A DNA stretch of 64,000 nucleotides from the human T2T-CHM13v2.0 reference genome, Homo sapiens, in NCBI RefSeq assembly GCF_009914755.1, contig NC_060925.1; one strand, given 5' to 3'. Within the stretch, counting starts at the first letter, position 1; each line of letters starts with the position of its first letter. The notes under the pieces are model-generated. The model made no database searches, had not been told where the DNA came from, and worked only from the letters and a program-made list of their open reading frames with translations. This document shows positions 11,970 to 24,908 of the stretch, one piece after another. A program made the translations under genes and the position numbers.

Positions 11970-12987
11970 TTCTTGTTTCTGCCTTTTATTAGGCCAATTA
12001 CTGTGCAAGACAGCAAGGGGAGGCAGGTGGGGAAGAACCTTTGCAAAGTTTCAAAGAGGCTAAGACAGTGTGCATTTCGTTCCCAGCACACTGTTGTCCT
12101 ACAGATTACAAGTGTATTAGCAGCAGCATCTCCTGGAATCAAAAACAATTATCAGCCCGAACCAGAGTCTTAAGGACAATGAAATTCTACATGACTTGGT
12201 AGAACAATAACCTATGATAGTGTAAGGTCAGAAACCTAGTTCCAGTCTGAATTCTTCACCCTGCTGCCACTCCTTGCTGAAACAGGGAAGGGGGGAGGAA
12301 TGTCTCCTGATAAATAACCTGGGTAAAAACTAGATGAAGGAACAGCATGTCTTATTGGTTTTGTTCCCAGAAAAGCCAATTCGAAGAAGGCAATAAAAGG
12401 TAAACAGGTAATGCCTGTGCTGCCTGCCACCCCACGTCTAAGTCTATTGAATGTTTGTTATTCAAACCAACAGTCTCTTTTGATGTAAGAAATAAGGAAA
12501 GATGGAAATAAATTAGAGCTTAGGCTTAGTGCCAGAGTGGCCAACCAGAAATTGGAGATTTACATTGGAAGCATAAATAGAAAATTATATTTCAGGCTCA
12601 CCAAAGAAACACATGAAAATGCTGATAACATAGGGAGTTTGAGATTATTTATAATGAGGTGGATTTCTGATATTAAAATTAGAGTTTAAGTTGTCTTATA
12701 GTTTATTAGCACAAACCAAAGGCAGCCCATGTTATTTCTGGCAAAGATGCACTTTATCGTTATCTGCTCATGGCTTTGTCGCAACGCTCAGGAATCAGAC
12801 ACTGCACACTTCAATAGTTGGGATTCCAAAAGCTAATTCTAAAATTTAATGAAGGCCTGATTTAAACTGATTCATCTGCATTTTATCTTTATGAGGCCAT
12901 AAGAATCTAAATTGATGAGGAATATCTTTCATTCCGTGTATTTAGATATAGTTTTCTGAATTTCCTGAAGCGATGTGATCTGCTTTT

Positions 12988-12993
12988 AATAAA
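12988..12993 (+). terminator. Candidate polyadenylation signal AATAAA
   Basis: Canonical hexamer with T-rich downstream sequence. Confidence 0.4.
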
Positions 12994-14426
12994 AATTCAC
13001 TTTTAGGTGTACAACAAATGGAAATGAAATGTTCTTTTTAAATCTGGATTCTCAAGTTCTTCTAAAGGAGCTACTCCTCTGAGGAAACCTCAACTCAGTG
13101 GACTTGATTCATCTGTTACTTTCCAGCATTCTTACAAAGCTGGTTTCATCTACAATGTTGTGCCCTAAGAACAGGACTGGGGTGAAAAGCGGGTACTCAG
13201 TTGTTCATATATTTGAGGTCCTAATTCTTGGTATTTTTTCCCTTTGATAATCCCTTAAAGTGGCTTAATGTAGTCTTGCATATGAGTTAATCTATCAACT
13301 TTCCCACATAGAACTGATATAATTCCTTCTATCAATAATATTGATGGGCATAACATTTCAAAAAATGGGACAAAGGTTCAGCTATCTAGAAAGATTTGCT
13401 ATTTATAGGAAGATAATGGACATGCCCTGCTGTGATGTGAGGGTTATTTATTTCTGACCCTGTACACAGCCTAGGGGAAGAATTTAGTCCAGCAAAGAGG
13501 GGACCTTGCTTAGAGAGACCCATTCTGACTCTCCTCCAGCTTTCTCCCAGATATCAGGAACCTAGAGTTTCCTACTCAGATAACCGCCCCCCACACGCAC
13601 ACTTTTAGGCCAAATGTAGGCCCCCTCTGGGGGTTTAAACTCCTGGAGGCAAGCAACATCCTGAGTGCATATACCTGGGCACAGGGAGTGGCAAAGGGTG
13701 CATCTGTGTGGATGGATTAGGCCCTGGGGCCTGGAGTGTTCACTGTGGAATTTACACACAAGCAAGGAGAAGCCACTTGCCATGAAAACAAGAGTCCAGG
13801 GCTGAAAAATAAAGGGATGAGGGGTAGGAAGGAGATAGACAAGGGCTACCACGAGGCTGGGGGCCAGTACAGAACACTGAACAGTCTAAGAATTCTAAAT
13901 CTATACCTGGGCTTCCAAGGGTTATGAAAGCATCATGTGTCAAAGTGGCAGGATGGAAGATAATTTAACAGTTTGTTAGCTTTATGTATGACTTTTAAAT
14001 ACTTAGACATGTGGCATGGGGTCCTCCATTGGTACTTTTGCACAAGATCCTGCAGACATTTGGGGTCGATCTGCCTGAGGTGCCCTTGAGTCAGATCCCT
14101 AAGTTGGCACAAACTGCTAACCACATAACACAAAGAAAGGTCCAGGTTGGAAGAAGGCGTCTGCTCCACAGTTCAGCTGGCCCTGTAGTTAATGCTCCCC
14201 TCACCTTCTCTTGGACCTGTGGTCTGACTGGAGTATAAGAAATTTTGGATGCACTGGGGGAACAACTGTGAGGAAATCTTGACATCGAATATTTTGTTCC
14301 ATCTCCTTCACCCTCTACCATCAATAATCCAGTATGATTGGGATGTAAAGACCCAGCATTCTGAAATGGGATGCTCTGTACTATATGGGAAATGGGTTGT
14401 TGTACTTTACCGGTTGTTAAACACTA

Positions 14427-14432
14427 AATAAA
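14427..14432 (+). terminator. Candidate distal polyadenylation signal AATAAA
   Basis: Hexamer preceded by TGTA (CFIm-type) motifs near 14377 and 14401; lies near the end of the repeat-free block. Confidence 0.5.
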
Positions 14433-17306
14433 ATACCTGTTTAACAGATTCTCTGCTCACAGGATTGACCAAGATATGTGGGAACTGCATTTTCTATATA
14501 TTTGTAATGTGAAAACACTGTAGGTATTTTTGATCTGGTGCAACTCGGAGCTCAGCTTCCCGAATCTGAACTAGAATTCCTTACCTACCTTTCCTACTCC
14601 CGACCTTAATTGAGAAGGATGGCAAGGTGGCAGTGGCTAAGCTGTATCAGAGAACAGTACGAGCCACCAGGTAAAACTCCAAGTTTTTTATTTTGTTTTT
14701 TTGTTTGTTTGTTTTTTAAAGAAAGTCCAGTTGGAAAGTTTTAATAATATAGAGGAATGAAAATACAGGTAAGGGACACTCTCAAGGTTTTGATTTAAGT
14801 ATCTGGCCATGCACAATTCTTTCTTTGCCTCAGGAAATAAGGATTAAATTCTAATCAATTTTATCTCTAAGAAACATCAAATGTTCATCTGACGTAAATA
14901 TTCTGTCAGTTCTGACCATTTCCATATAGAACGATTTTATACTTTATGTTTTTACTTTCTTACACTAAAAGTAGCTTTCTCCTTTAGCTACCTAAAACAG
15001 ATGCCAACAAATTCCCAGAATAAACTGCACATAAACATAATATGTCAGAAAGAATTAAGAATGCCAACTATCATGTTTTGAATTTTCACCAGTAATCTTG
15101 GGAACATAGTGAACTTTTACTCTTCTCAACACCTGGTGAGGTGTGACTCACATATTATTATCTTCATTTTGCATCTGAAATATCAAATAACTAAGAAACA
15201 CACCTATCGCTTGTATAAATCATATTATTGCATTGAACTAGAAATGAGAAAATAACATCTGTGAAAAACTCATAATGATAATGAATAAAATGCAGTTACT
15301 TGAGATCTGCTATGGCAGAAAAGTTCTGTCCCTAACACATTTTTAGAGTAGGCCTTGAAACAAGTCTAGCAAGAAGACCTAAATGATGTTAGGGGGGGTT
15401 GTTTAGAGTTACCTAATTGAGCATTTATTAAGTGCTGGAATCCCCCTCTGCCTTCTCTCATCACCCAAAAGCTGTTTTTCATTGAAGGATGAATTAAAAT
15501 GGAGTAGTAACATTTAAAATTATGTGCTGTTTTTATTAACCTAAAATGATAGCTGGTAAAATGGGCCATTATTCTGCAAAATCTAATTATGTTAACACTA
15601 AAGATTTAGCTTGCCTGGCTGAAGCAAACTGCAGAGGATTGGAAGTAAAAACAATCTTCATTTTCTTAACTTAGTCCCATTTTTTCAAAGGCATTACTTT
15701 TAACTATTATTAAATTAGTGAACTGTGAATTCTATGGGGAAAAATGACTGGAAAGAGAAAAAATAATTACTACCCCTCCTACATCTGTCTGAATAGATTC
15801 TGAAATTCCTGCATGGCAAGAATGTGTCAAGTTGTCTTGAAGACATAAAGTACCACAGCTGTATCCTCCAGCCGCCCTGATAGTACCACATTACAGCTTT
15901 GCTCTTACAAGGGGCAGTCATTTTAATCTAATAAAAGACAGAAAATGGCAGAAAATCACACACCTGAAGTCCTGTTAAGAATAGGTGATTCTTTTTGCCC
16001 CAGGCAGGCAAGAACATAATGTCATTTTTGTTCGTTTGTATTTGCACTCTGAAGGAGGGCTGCTCCTGTTGGGGAATGGTTTTCCCTCTGCCAGTGTGAA
16101 GCACTGCAGGAAAACATTCTCCAAGGAAATCGCATTTTGCTATTTACCAGTCATGACTACCCCATGAAGCCCTGAGTAATTGTTTTGGCTTTCATGGTGT
16201 GATAAACACCTAGAGGCAAAGAGATTAGTGTCATTACTCTCCGTCTCTTTTTCTCTCCCTTTGGAAAAAAAAAAAAAAAGGTGGGGGGTGTCCAAATATA
16301 GTATGACAATGTTTTCAAGAATCTTTCAGTCAGTTGATGCTTAATTATAAAGACCCCAGCTAAATATTCTGTTTATTAAATTAATAGCGTGACAAGTATT
16401 GGAGAGCTTTACAACCACTTAAACTCATGTTTACATCCTGTGTAATTACAATTCATAATTGGGAAAGCAGTCAAATCTAAATGCATTCTGATCAATGGCT
16501 CTCAGGCTGCCAAGTAGACCCCACACAAGACATTAGAGTAAGTGACTTCAAAACAGGACTTCTACACCTAGAATTCAAACTAGGTTAGGGGAGGGCACTG
16601 TGGGGAGTCTATCAGTGAAGTGTTTAAAGTTATATGTAAGATTTCCTATATATATGACATTGTTTTTCTGAATAGAGAAAGAAATTCTTTTTTTAAATTT
16701 ATAAAAGGCCTGAAAGTATAAGAATGACTGCTCTGAATCCTAAGATTACGATTTACCCCAACTGTGGAAAGTCTCATTACATAATAAATTGTTGTCAGGA
16801 GATGAATGATAATGACTCAGGTGAATGAAAGCACATGTTTTCCTACAATCAGTTATTTATTTATTTCATACTAATCTTATCTCTACCTGAGCTGCTAAGG
16901 AAATCTGTAGTCCCTCTTGTGTGTGTGAGTGTCTCTATATATTACCTTCTGAAAAAGTCTGATATAGTGTGAGCTCTGATTCTGTTTTCAGGGTGGTGAG
17001 AAGCAACCCACTCTGATTCTTCTTTATTGCAGACATTTTGCTAGAAAGGGCTTCAACCATTTTTTCCCACACTTCTCATAAAATTTATTAGAAAGAAAAT
17101 AATATATGTGTGACACAGGAACACACTTGGATTGAATGGCACAAAGTCGTTTCCTTTTTGACTGGTTTGTTTCATTTGTATGGCTGTTCTAGCTTACAAG
17201 AATTAGATCAGGAGCAAAGGTCTTTCTAATTGTCTTTATGGCTCCCTGAGTTGTGGGCACTACTCTAATTATGTGAGGACTTACATTCCTAATCAGTCCT
17301 GTAGAC

Positions 17307-17614
17307 CTGCACCTGCCATAGCTGCTAGCCACCTCTGGCCACTGGGCATATCAATGTTGTCAGTCCAAAGTCTTGTGAATTTAAAAGACACACCATACTT
17401 CAAAGTCTCAGTGCAAAAACAAAAGATGTGAATTATCTCTTTCATAATTTTCATATTGGTTACACATTAAAATGATAATATTTTAGATACACGGATTAAA
17501 TAAAATATATTACTAGAATTTATTTTAACTATTTTTTTCCCTTTTCTAATGTGGCTATTAGAGATTTTTGAATTACATGTGTGGCTCACATTATATTTCT
17601 GTTGGACAACACTG
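17307..17614 (-). mobile_element. MER33 (hAT-Charlie)
   Basis: gctagccac...aaatgataatatttt...aatgtggctattaga...aattacatgtgtggctcacattatatttctgttggacaacactg. Confidence 0.85.
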
Positions 17615-19079
17615 CTCTAGACACCTAATTTTTCCATCTATTAGCCCCTAAAACGGGGCTAATAATATTCAAGTAGTAGAAGTATTCACTTCCCAGAGTT
17701 AGTATGAAAATCAAGATGAGTTACTGAATATGAAATTCCTTGGTAAATTGTAGTTTTCCATGATAGTGATAATCACGATAAAATTTTCAAGCTCCTGTTC
17801 CATATTTGCAGATTTTTTGGAAGTTTCCAGCCAGAGGTCTTGCCATAACTTTCTCTGAAAGTGCTCCAATGCAATAAATGCAACACTTTCAAAGTTTTGA
17901 ATGTGACACATGACCTGAACCTGGAGCTTACATCAGCAACAATGACAACAGGAGAATACTAATGGTAATAAAAAGATTAGTAATCAACAACCTTTATCAA
18001 AAGTCTTGAGCCAGGTACCATGTTAAGTATTTCTTTTTACCATCTCTATTCTAAATAATACACTGCACCTCTATTAATGCAGTTTATGAACACATAGTTG
18101 ACTTGTAGTTTGCTTTCTGAAACTTAATTGCTTCTGATAAGTTATATATGTATACAACAAGAAGATGGCTAAATGTGACTTATAGCAGCAATTAAATGGA
18201 CAAAGCAAAATTTGAGTCAACCATATGTGTATATGGTTGCATAATAGAGATACAGTATGTGAAAGGTGTCCAAATTTCTATAGTTGGATTGAAGTGTTGA
18301 ACCTCACATTAATTTAAATTTTATCAATTTAAAGGATAATATTCGTGAGATAGTATTTCTGTTATCACCCCATTTAACAATCTTACAGGATCAGCTTATC
18401 ATTTCACACCTCAAACTCAAAATCCATCTTCACACTGGCCCCAGGACACCTGCCCAACCCATGAGCCTTGAAAATGCTCTACCCCTTCTCATCTTCTTGA
18501 CTGTATTTAGATCTTTTTTAAAAACTTAGAATGCCTTTGAACACTCTTCACCCATTAAAACCCTATCCCACATCAGGTTCTGTCTTTCCAAGAAACCTTG
18601 CCAATTCATCTCACTGCTTCTATTCCTGCTTAAAGATTTGACCCAGCAGCTAGTTCTTCTTATGTGTGACTTATCTTGTGACTTGTTATCTCTCCTACTA
18701 GATTATCAGTGTTAATACTGACATGACACATACATACATACACACATGCATACACACAGAGGACCTTGCATTTAGTAAGGCTCTATATGTGCATTCACAA
18801 ACATCTGTTGAGCATCTAGTAATGTACTAAGCACTGCTCTAGTTGATTGGAACAAGAGTCTAACACACATTTGAGACTGTGTGCCCCTCATTATACTTAA
18901 ATTATGTAATATAAATCTATTGCTGTATTAAGTAATATAAATAAGAGCTAAAATAAAGAGAGTTCCTGAAGAGAAAATGTATATACACTCAAGATTTGCA
19001 AATTGAATCTCATTTTAAATTCATTAAGGAGTATTTCTAATTAAAACTTGTGGTTTATTCTTTTTTTAAAAAAGTGATA

Positions 19080-19140
19080 AATATATCCCAATTTACCTTT
19101 TCTAATGGGATCAATATATCCCAATTTACCTTTTCTAATG
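19080..19140. repeat. Perfect 28-bp direct duplication with 5-bp spacer
   Basis: AATATATCCCAATTTACCTTTTCTAATG at 19080-19107 and 19113-19140, spacer GGATC. Confidence 0.95.
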
Positions 19141-19216
19141 TCAGATTTTGATATATTTCTGCTTTTCTTAAAACAGAAACGTCTGCATTTCTCAATCTTC
19201 GTCATATATAGCCCTC

Positions 19217-19514
19217 GGCTGGGCGCGCTGGCTCACGCCTGTAATCCCAGCACTTTGGGAGGCTGAGGCGGGTGGATCACTTGAGCCCAAGAGTTCAGGA
19301 CCAGCCTGGGCAATATGGTGAAACTCCGTCTCTACTAAAAATACAAAAAATTAGTTGGCCGTGGTGGTTTGTGCCTGTAATCCCAGCTGCTCGGGAGGCT
19401 GAGGCAGGAGAATCACTTGAACCTGGGAGGGAGAGGTTGCAGAGAGTCAAGATCGTGCCACTGCACTCCAGCCTGGATGAAAGAGCAAGACTTTGTCTCA
19501 AAAAAAGAAAAAAA
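19217..19514 (+). mobile_element. Full-length Alu (old S / Jb-like)
   Basis: GGCTGGGCGC start, two arms, A-rich linker, A tail; degenerate TSD atatatagccct / atatttggccct. Confidence 0.95.
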
Positions 19515-19530
19515 TATTTGGCCCTTGAGC

Positions 19531-19716
19531 TAACCATTTTCAACCTCGAGTGTGAATCAGAATCTCTTAGAGGGTTGTAGTAAAACAGTTTGCTGGAGCC
19601 AAGCCCCAGAGTTTCTGATTCAGTAGGTCTGAAATGGAGGTAAAGGGTGTGATCTGCAACAAGTTCCCAGGTGAGGTTGAAAACTGCTGATCCTGACATG
19701 ACTTTGCGAACCATTG
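19531..19716. mobile_element. MER5A-like (hAT-Charlie)
   Basis: gaatcagaatc...ccccagagtttctgattcagtaggtctg...aacaagttcccaggtga...actttgcgaaccattg. Confidence 0.75.
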
Positions 19717-21684
19717 GCTTAAACTAATTAAAAATCTCACTGCAGTTTAACAAGAAGCTCACTGGGTTTACCCTAAACTCCGCTTCCCTGAGGTTAACTA
19801 ATATTAAAATGAGCATCATTATTCCTACCCAGAAGGGTTGTGGTGAGAATTAAAGGAGATAATGTACGTGAAAGTGTCTCATCTGAAGTTCACATTTATG
19901 AACTGTGAGTTAAAACTACACATTTTCAATTTAGCCATAAAATACGGCTAAAGCATATATTTCACTAGATCCTCCCACTCAAGCAATTCCAGCTATTGGA
20001 AATTCTGGTCTCTAAATTCAACAATTTTTACTGACAAAAATGATAAAATAATAGAATCATACAGCTGGCCAAGACCTTAGAGATTTTCTGGAGCGAGCAG
20101 TTAAATGTTTTGGAGCAGGTAAATAGTCAAACCTTTTTTTGTTTACTTTCTTGATTCAATAAAGCAATCAAAGCAATTGAATGGGTTGCATGTATCATTT
20201 CTCAACTTGAATATTTGGTTTTTTCCTAACTTGAATTATTTGACGGAAACAAGCTACTTCCAGACTAAAAGAAAAATAGAAATGAGATTCTCGTTTTTCT
20301 TGTCAGCTCATGGTTGTAGCTTCCAATGGATGCTCTGAGGCCCTGTGACAGCCCACTTAATTAAAGCCTGGTTCATTCTAACTCCAGTTTGCCCACTGAC
20401 ACACTCTGTGGCCTCACTCTGTGATGTTTCTCTACCCACTAGAAGGGCTCAAGGGGCTGTTAATGTAAGGAATCAATGATCAAAAATTAATTTTAAAGCC
20501 TGTGGTAAGAGCGCATTAACATGAACAGTGCAGCTTGCCTAGTGGAGAGTCTGAGCAGCACAGCTGACATCTTCCGAAGAATTGGAGAACAAAATTTTGC
20601 AGATAGAATGTGTCTTGAGAATAATGATGTATGTCACTATTAACCTAGTGCTAAGTTACAAGCTTAAATTGGAGACTCTGCAGAGGAATACACAGCCTCT
20701 GTAATTTTCAGTTTGGTGTAATAATATGGAAATGGCTTTTGGTGCCGGGATTGGATCAGCCTAAATGAGCTGGAATTGATAGCTGCCTGTAATACTAGGG
20801 GCAGGAGAGAGTCATCACGTCTTTGTCCTTGCTGACTTATCTAGGGCTCTCCAGATGTGGCAGTTTTGAGGAGTGAGCCTTTAAATACGTTATGGAAACG
20901 CACTACAATATCTTGCAGCACAGAGAAGGTGCTTCTAAAATTGACTCAACAAGAATACAGAATGGGGATCCTCCTTTCCAAGGAAGAAAAAAGCTTTTGT
21001 TCCTATTAAAAGTAAAAGGAAATGCTAACTTCAGAAAAAATGTGATGGAGGTGTTCCGGGGGAACAGAGAATTTCAAGAAGTAGAGCAATCCTAGCTCTC
21101 CCCTCAGATACCCCCACTCCAAGCCCCAATCCTCTCTATCCCCTGGAAGTCATAACATTGCAGAGGCTGACACCCACACCCTTTCTTTGGGGGCAGTAGA
21201 ATGGACACTTTATTGTTACACTCAACGATTGAAATGTTAAAACAGTGAAATTGAAAGTCTGTGGTCAGTGACATAGGAAATAAAGAGCTTCTTTAGTTTC
21301 TATATTATGGATAGCATCTCAAATACTGTCCAACAATTGGTTTCATTAAGAAGTCAGCAGGGCATGAGTAAATTATCAGCAGTGGAGAAACAACAGCGAG
21401 TTTAGATTAACCTGAATGTAACCGAGCCTGATGAAGAGGCCTTTGCAAAGCATGCAAGTCTCCTTATTATCTGGTCCCTGCGTATTTTTTCAGCCTCATC
21501 TTGCTTGCCAGCCTGTGCTCCAGCTAAATGCAAGTGATTGCACTTCCCTGAAGACATCAGACTCTGATGTCCCATATGCTTTCACATGTGTTGTCCCTTT
21601 GGCCTGATATGTGCTTCCTCATTGTACCCATCTGGTGAGCTTATATCCCTTAGGACATGGTTGAGGAGCCTTCATTTTGATGCC

Positions 21685-22040
21685 CTGTTCCAGTTACCAT
21701 TGCTGCATGACGAACCACCCCAAAACTTAGTGAGTAGCAAGAAAGGATGGTGTCTCATCTTTCCTCTGTGATATCTGGCACCTCAGTTGGGGGCAATTGA
21801 CATGACTGGCAGCTGGGACTGGAGGATCCACTCTCCACATGACCTGAGTGCCTACACCTAGCCTGGCTGGCGACACAGCTGCAGAGAGGTCAGACATCTC
21901 ATTTCAATGATCAAGATGCCTTTTGTGACTTAGCCTTAGAACTCAATCACTCAACACAGTCAAAAGCTAACCCAGATTCATGGGAGTGGACATAGATATT
22001 GCCTCTCGCTGGCAGAAGTGTCAACGAATTTGGAATCTTG
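21685..22040 (-). mobile_element. Old MLT1-family (MaLR) LTR, internally deleted
   Basis: ccagttaccattgctgc...accccaaaacttagtg...ccttttgtgacttagccttagaa...cccagattca. Confidence 0.6.
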
Positions 22041-22757
22041 TTCCATGTCTCACCTCTCCCAGATAGGGTGGACAGTGTCTCCTTTGACCACCCAGTACCT
22101 TGCGACCTCTATCAACGCCTTCTTCTGACTGTGCTATGTGGCTGCTTAGCCCACTGGCTTCCACATTAGACCATGATGTCCTCATGGACATTGTATATGC
22201 AGGTCTGGCAAAGCACACATATGATATTGGACACCAAGTACTTAAATTAAGTCACACTGAGCATTGCCCAAATTAAAGGTCTGTATGTTTGGAGTCCGAG
22301 CACACAGATACCCCTTCTATCAAAGAGTATCTAACCCTCACACCAAGCCCAATTTCTCTGCGCTGTGTGGAAGCACACTATTTCCGAATGGAGAACCTGG
22401 TGACCCCCAGAATGTAGATTCAGACTTCTCAGAGAGATTATCAGTAGCCACAGCAGCACACCACCTTTCCAAAGGTGAGTGATCAAAGGCAAATGCCAAC
22501 CATGGTCAAGCCAAGGGCCCCAGGCAAGGAGAAGACCACCCACTGCAGGGCAGCAGGGCCAGGAATAATATGGGGCACAGGAAAGAAGACTGTTGCAGAC
22601 AGGATGCCATAGAAAATCTGCTGTTAGCACGGTCAGGCCTGGGTTGAGCATGAGGGAATAGGCTCCTGTTTTTAAAAGTGCTGTTATACAAACCTCATCT
22701 AATTGCAGAGGCCGGGGTAAAAAGTCCGTCATTCTAAGGAGCAACATTTTTTCCATC

Positions 22758-23062
22758 TGTACAGACTGAATTGTGTTCCTCCAGATGCATATGTTGAATC
22801 CCTAACCCCCAATGGGACTGGATTTGGAGATAGGATCTTTAAAGAGGTAATTAGGTTAAATGAGGTCATATGGCAGTGGGAGGGGGACCCTTATCCTGTA
22901 TGACTGTTGTCCTTACAAGAAGAGAAAGAGGCACCAGGGATGCATGTGTGCTGAGAAAAGGCCATATGAGAACACAGTGAGAAGGCAGCCTTCTGCAAGC
23001 CAAGGAGGCTGGCCTCAGGAGAAACCAACCATGCCAGCACATTGATCTTGGACTTTTAACCT
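22758..23062 (+). mobile_element. MLT1B-like MaLR LTR, 3'-truncated
   Basis: gactgaattgtgttcc...catatgttgaa...ttggagatagg...gaggtaattaggttaaatgagg...caagccaagga...gcctcaggagaaaccaacc...ttgatcttggactt. Confidence 0.8.
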
Positions 23063-23139
23063 AGCCCTGGTAAAGTAATACACCATCTAAAGTCCCAAGT
23101 TCAAACAAGAACAAACAAACAAAAAAAGCTCTTGCTAAG

Positions 23140-23600
23140 TTTGTTCATTTATTCTCCAGCTACTTATTGAGAACGTAGTATGTGCCAGGAATGATTTTGA
23201 TTCTAGCACCTAGATGCAGTGGAGGACAATATGATCCTGTTCTCACGGAGCTCATATTCTGGTGGTGGGTGACTGGCAAGAGCGGAGGCACAGATGGTGA
23301 TACGTGATCCAGGAATGGAGAGTAACAGTAGATTGAGGCCACCTGAGACAGAGATGAGATGAGGCGTCATGACACAGTGGCTTTTAAGCAGAAACCTAAA
23401 TTAGGAAATGGGCATTACCGATATCTTAGGGAAGAACCTGGCAGGCGGAGGATAAATCAAGGGCACACATCGGGGGCAAGAGTGTGTGTGAGGAACAGCA
23501 AGAGGGAAATGTGGCTGACCAGGCCAAGCACAAAGGAGTGTGGTACAAGAAGTGAGAGAAACGGCCTGGGCTATGTCATCTTTTATGCTGATGAAGTTAC
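23140..23600 (-). mobile_element. L2 3' fragment
   Basis: ttcatttattc...ttattgag...tatgtgccagg...ctcacggagctcatattctggtgg. Confidence 0.6.
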
Positions 23601-24089
23601 ACAAATATTTCAGTGAGGATTTCTGGCGCCCACAGGAAATAAAATGAGGAAAATAACCCCCTTAGAGGGCTGTGCTTTAATTAGATTTATTTCTGTGCTG
23701 CCAATTTTGCTAATAAGTAGCAAAGTATGTAGGAGGTGTTCAATAAATGCTTGTGGAATGAATGAACTCAAGAATGCATGAATTAGCCAATTCAGCAATA
23801 ATGCATCCGGACATTCTAATCAGTTTCAACTTTGAGCTATTGGTGTTTATCAAACCATCGATGCCAGGTTTCGATTCAGAAAACATGGGGAATAAATGTT
23901 ACAGGGTAACCAGTATTTGTTCCACAATCAAAAGAGAAACCGCAAAGCCTGGAAATTGTGTCCGAGGAATTATCTAGCCTTCATCAACTAGAACTAGAAG
24001 CACTTGCCAGGGATGTCAAAGGCATCCTTTCCCTGGAATCAGCCTTTTGTGTCCTGTGGCCTATGAGAGGCCTACCTAGGTGTCTAACA

Positions 24090-24908
24090 GGAGTGCTTAA
24101 CAAATATGTCTAAAATACCAAACTAATATGCCCCCCTCCTCCAGCCCCTACCTGCTCTCCAACTTCCCCATGTCACGATGTGACATCTCCTTTCACTCGA
24201 TTTCTTAGACCCAGAAGCCTGAAGATTCCCCTTTCAATCATACGTGCAGTCAGCAAACCCTTCCGGCTCCACATATCCAACCCGGCACCCCTCCTCGCTG
24301 GCCTACTGCGACAGCATCCTTACTGGTTTCATTTCTTCCAGCCTTACCCCTCTTCACTCCATCTCCCCTTTAAATAAGAAAATATGGTCATGCCTGCCTC
24401 TGCACAAACCCGCCAATGGCTTCTCCTCACATGTAGATTAAAGTATGAAAGGCTTACTGAGACTCACAGACCCTCCATAAACAGCCCGCAGCTACATCTC
24501 CAGCGAAATTTCTCTGAAAATTCAAACACCCCTCCCTGACTCCCCTTCGGACACATTCCTTGCCTTTCTCTCAAGCCCACTCTGTCTCGAGGCTCTGTAC
24601 ATGCTGTTTCCTCTGCCTGGAATCTTCTTCCCTAGATATTCTCCAAAATTCAACCAGGACTTGGCTCAGATGTCACCTCAGCAGAGAGGCCTCTCTTTCT
24701 CACCATCACCTTCTATTCCTTTATCCTGATTTCTCTTCCTACTACTTACCACCACTGACATTATATTATTTGTTTGTTCATTGTCTGTCTCCTTCCACTA
24801 GAATATCTGCTGTGTTTGCTGCTGAATTCCAAGCACCCAGAACAGTGTCTGACATTATAGAAGGCACTAAACAAATATCTGTGGAATTAATGAATGAACA
24901 AACAAATG
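24090..24908 (+). mobile_element. L2 3' end
   Basis: ctgtttcctctgcctggaat...ctcagatgtcacctc...agcacccagaacagtgtctgac...aaatatctgtggaattaatgaatgaa. Confidence 0.7.

Larger units (their letters stand above)
10401..14455 (+). other. NTNG1: NTNG1 3' UTR (long form; shorter forms likely end near 11.4, 11.95-11.99 or 13.0 kb)
   Basis: Follows the stop codon; no recognisable interspersed repeats; AU-rich; several AATAAA hexamers. The distal end is inferred from AATAAA 14427-14432 preceded by TGTA motifs. Confidence 0.65.
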
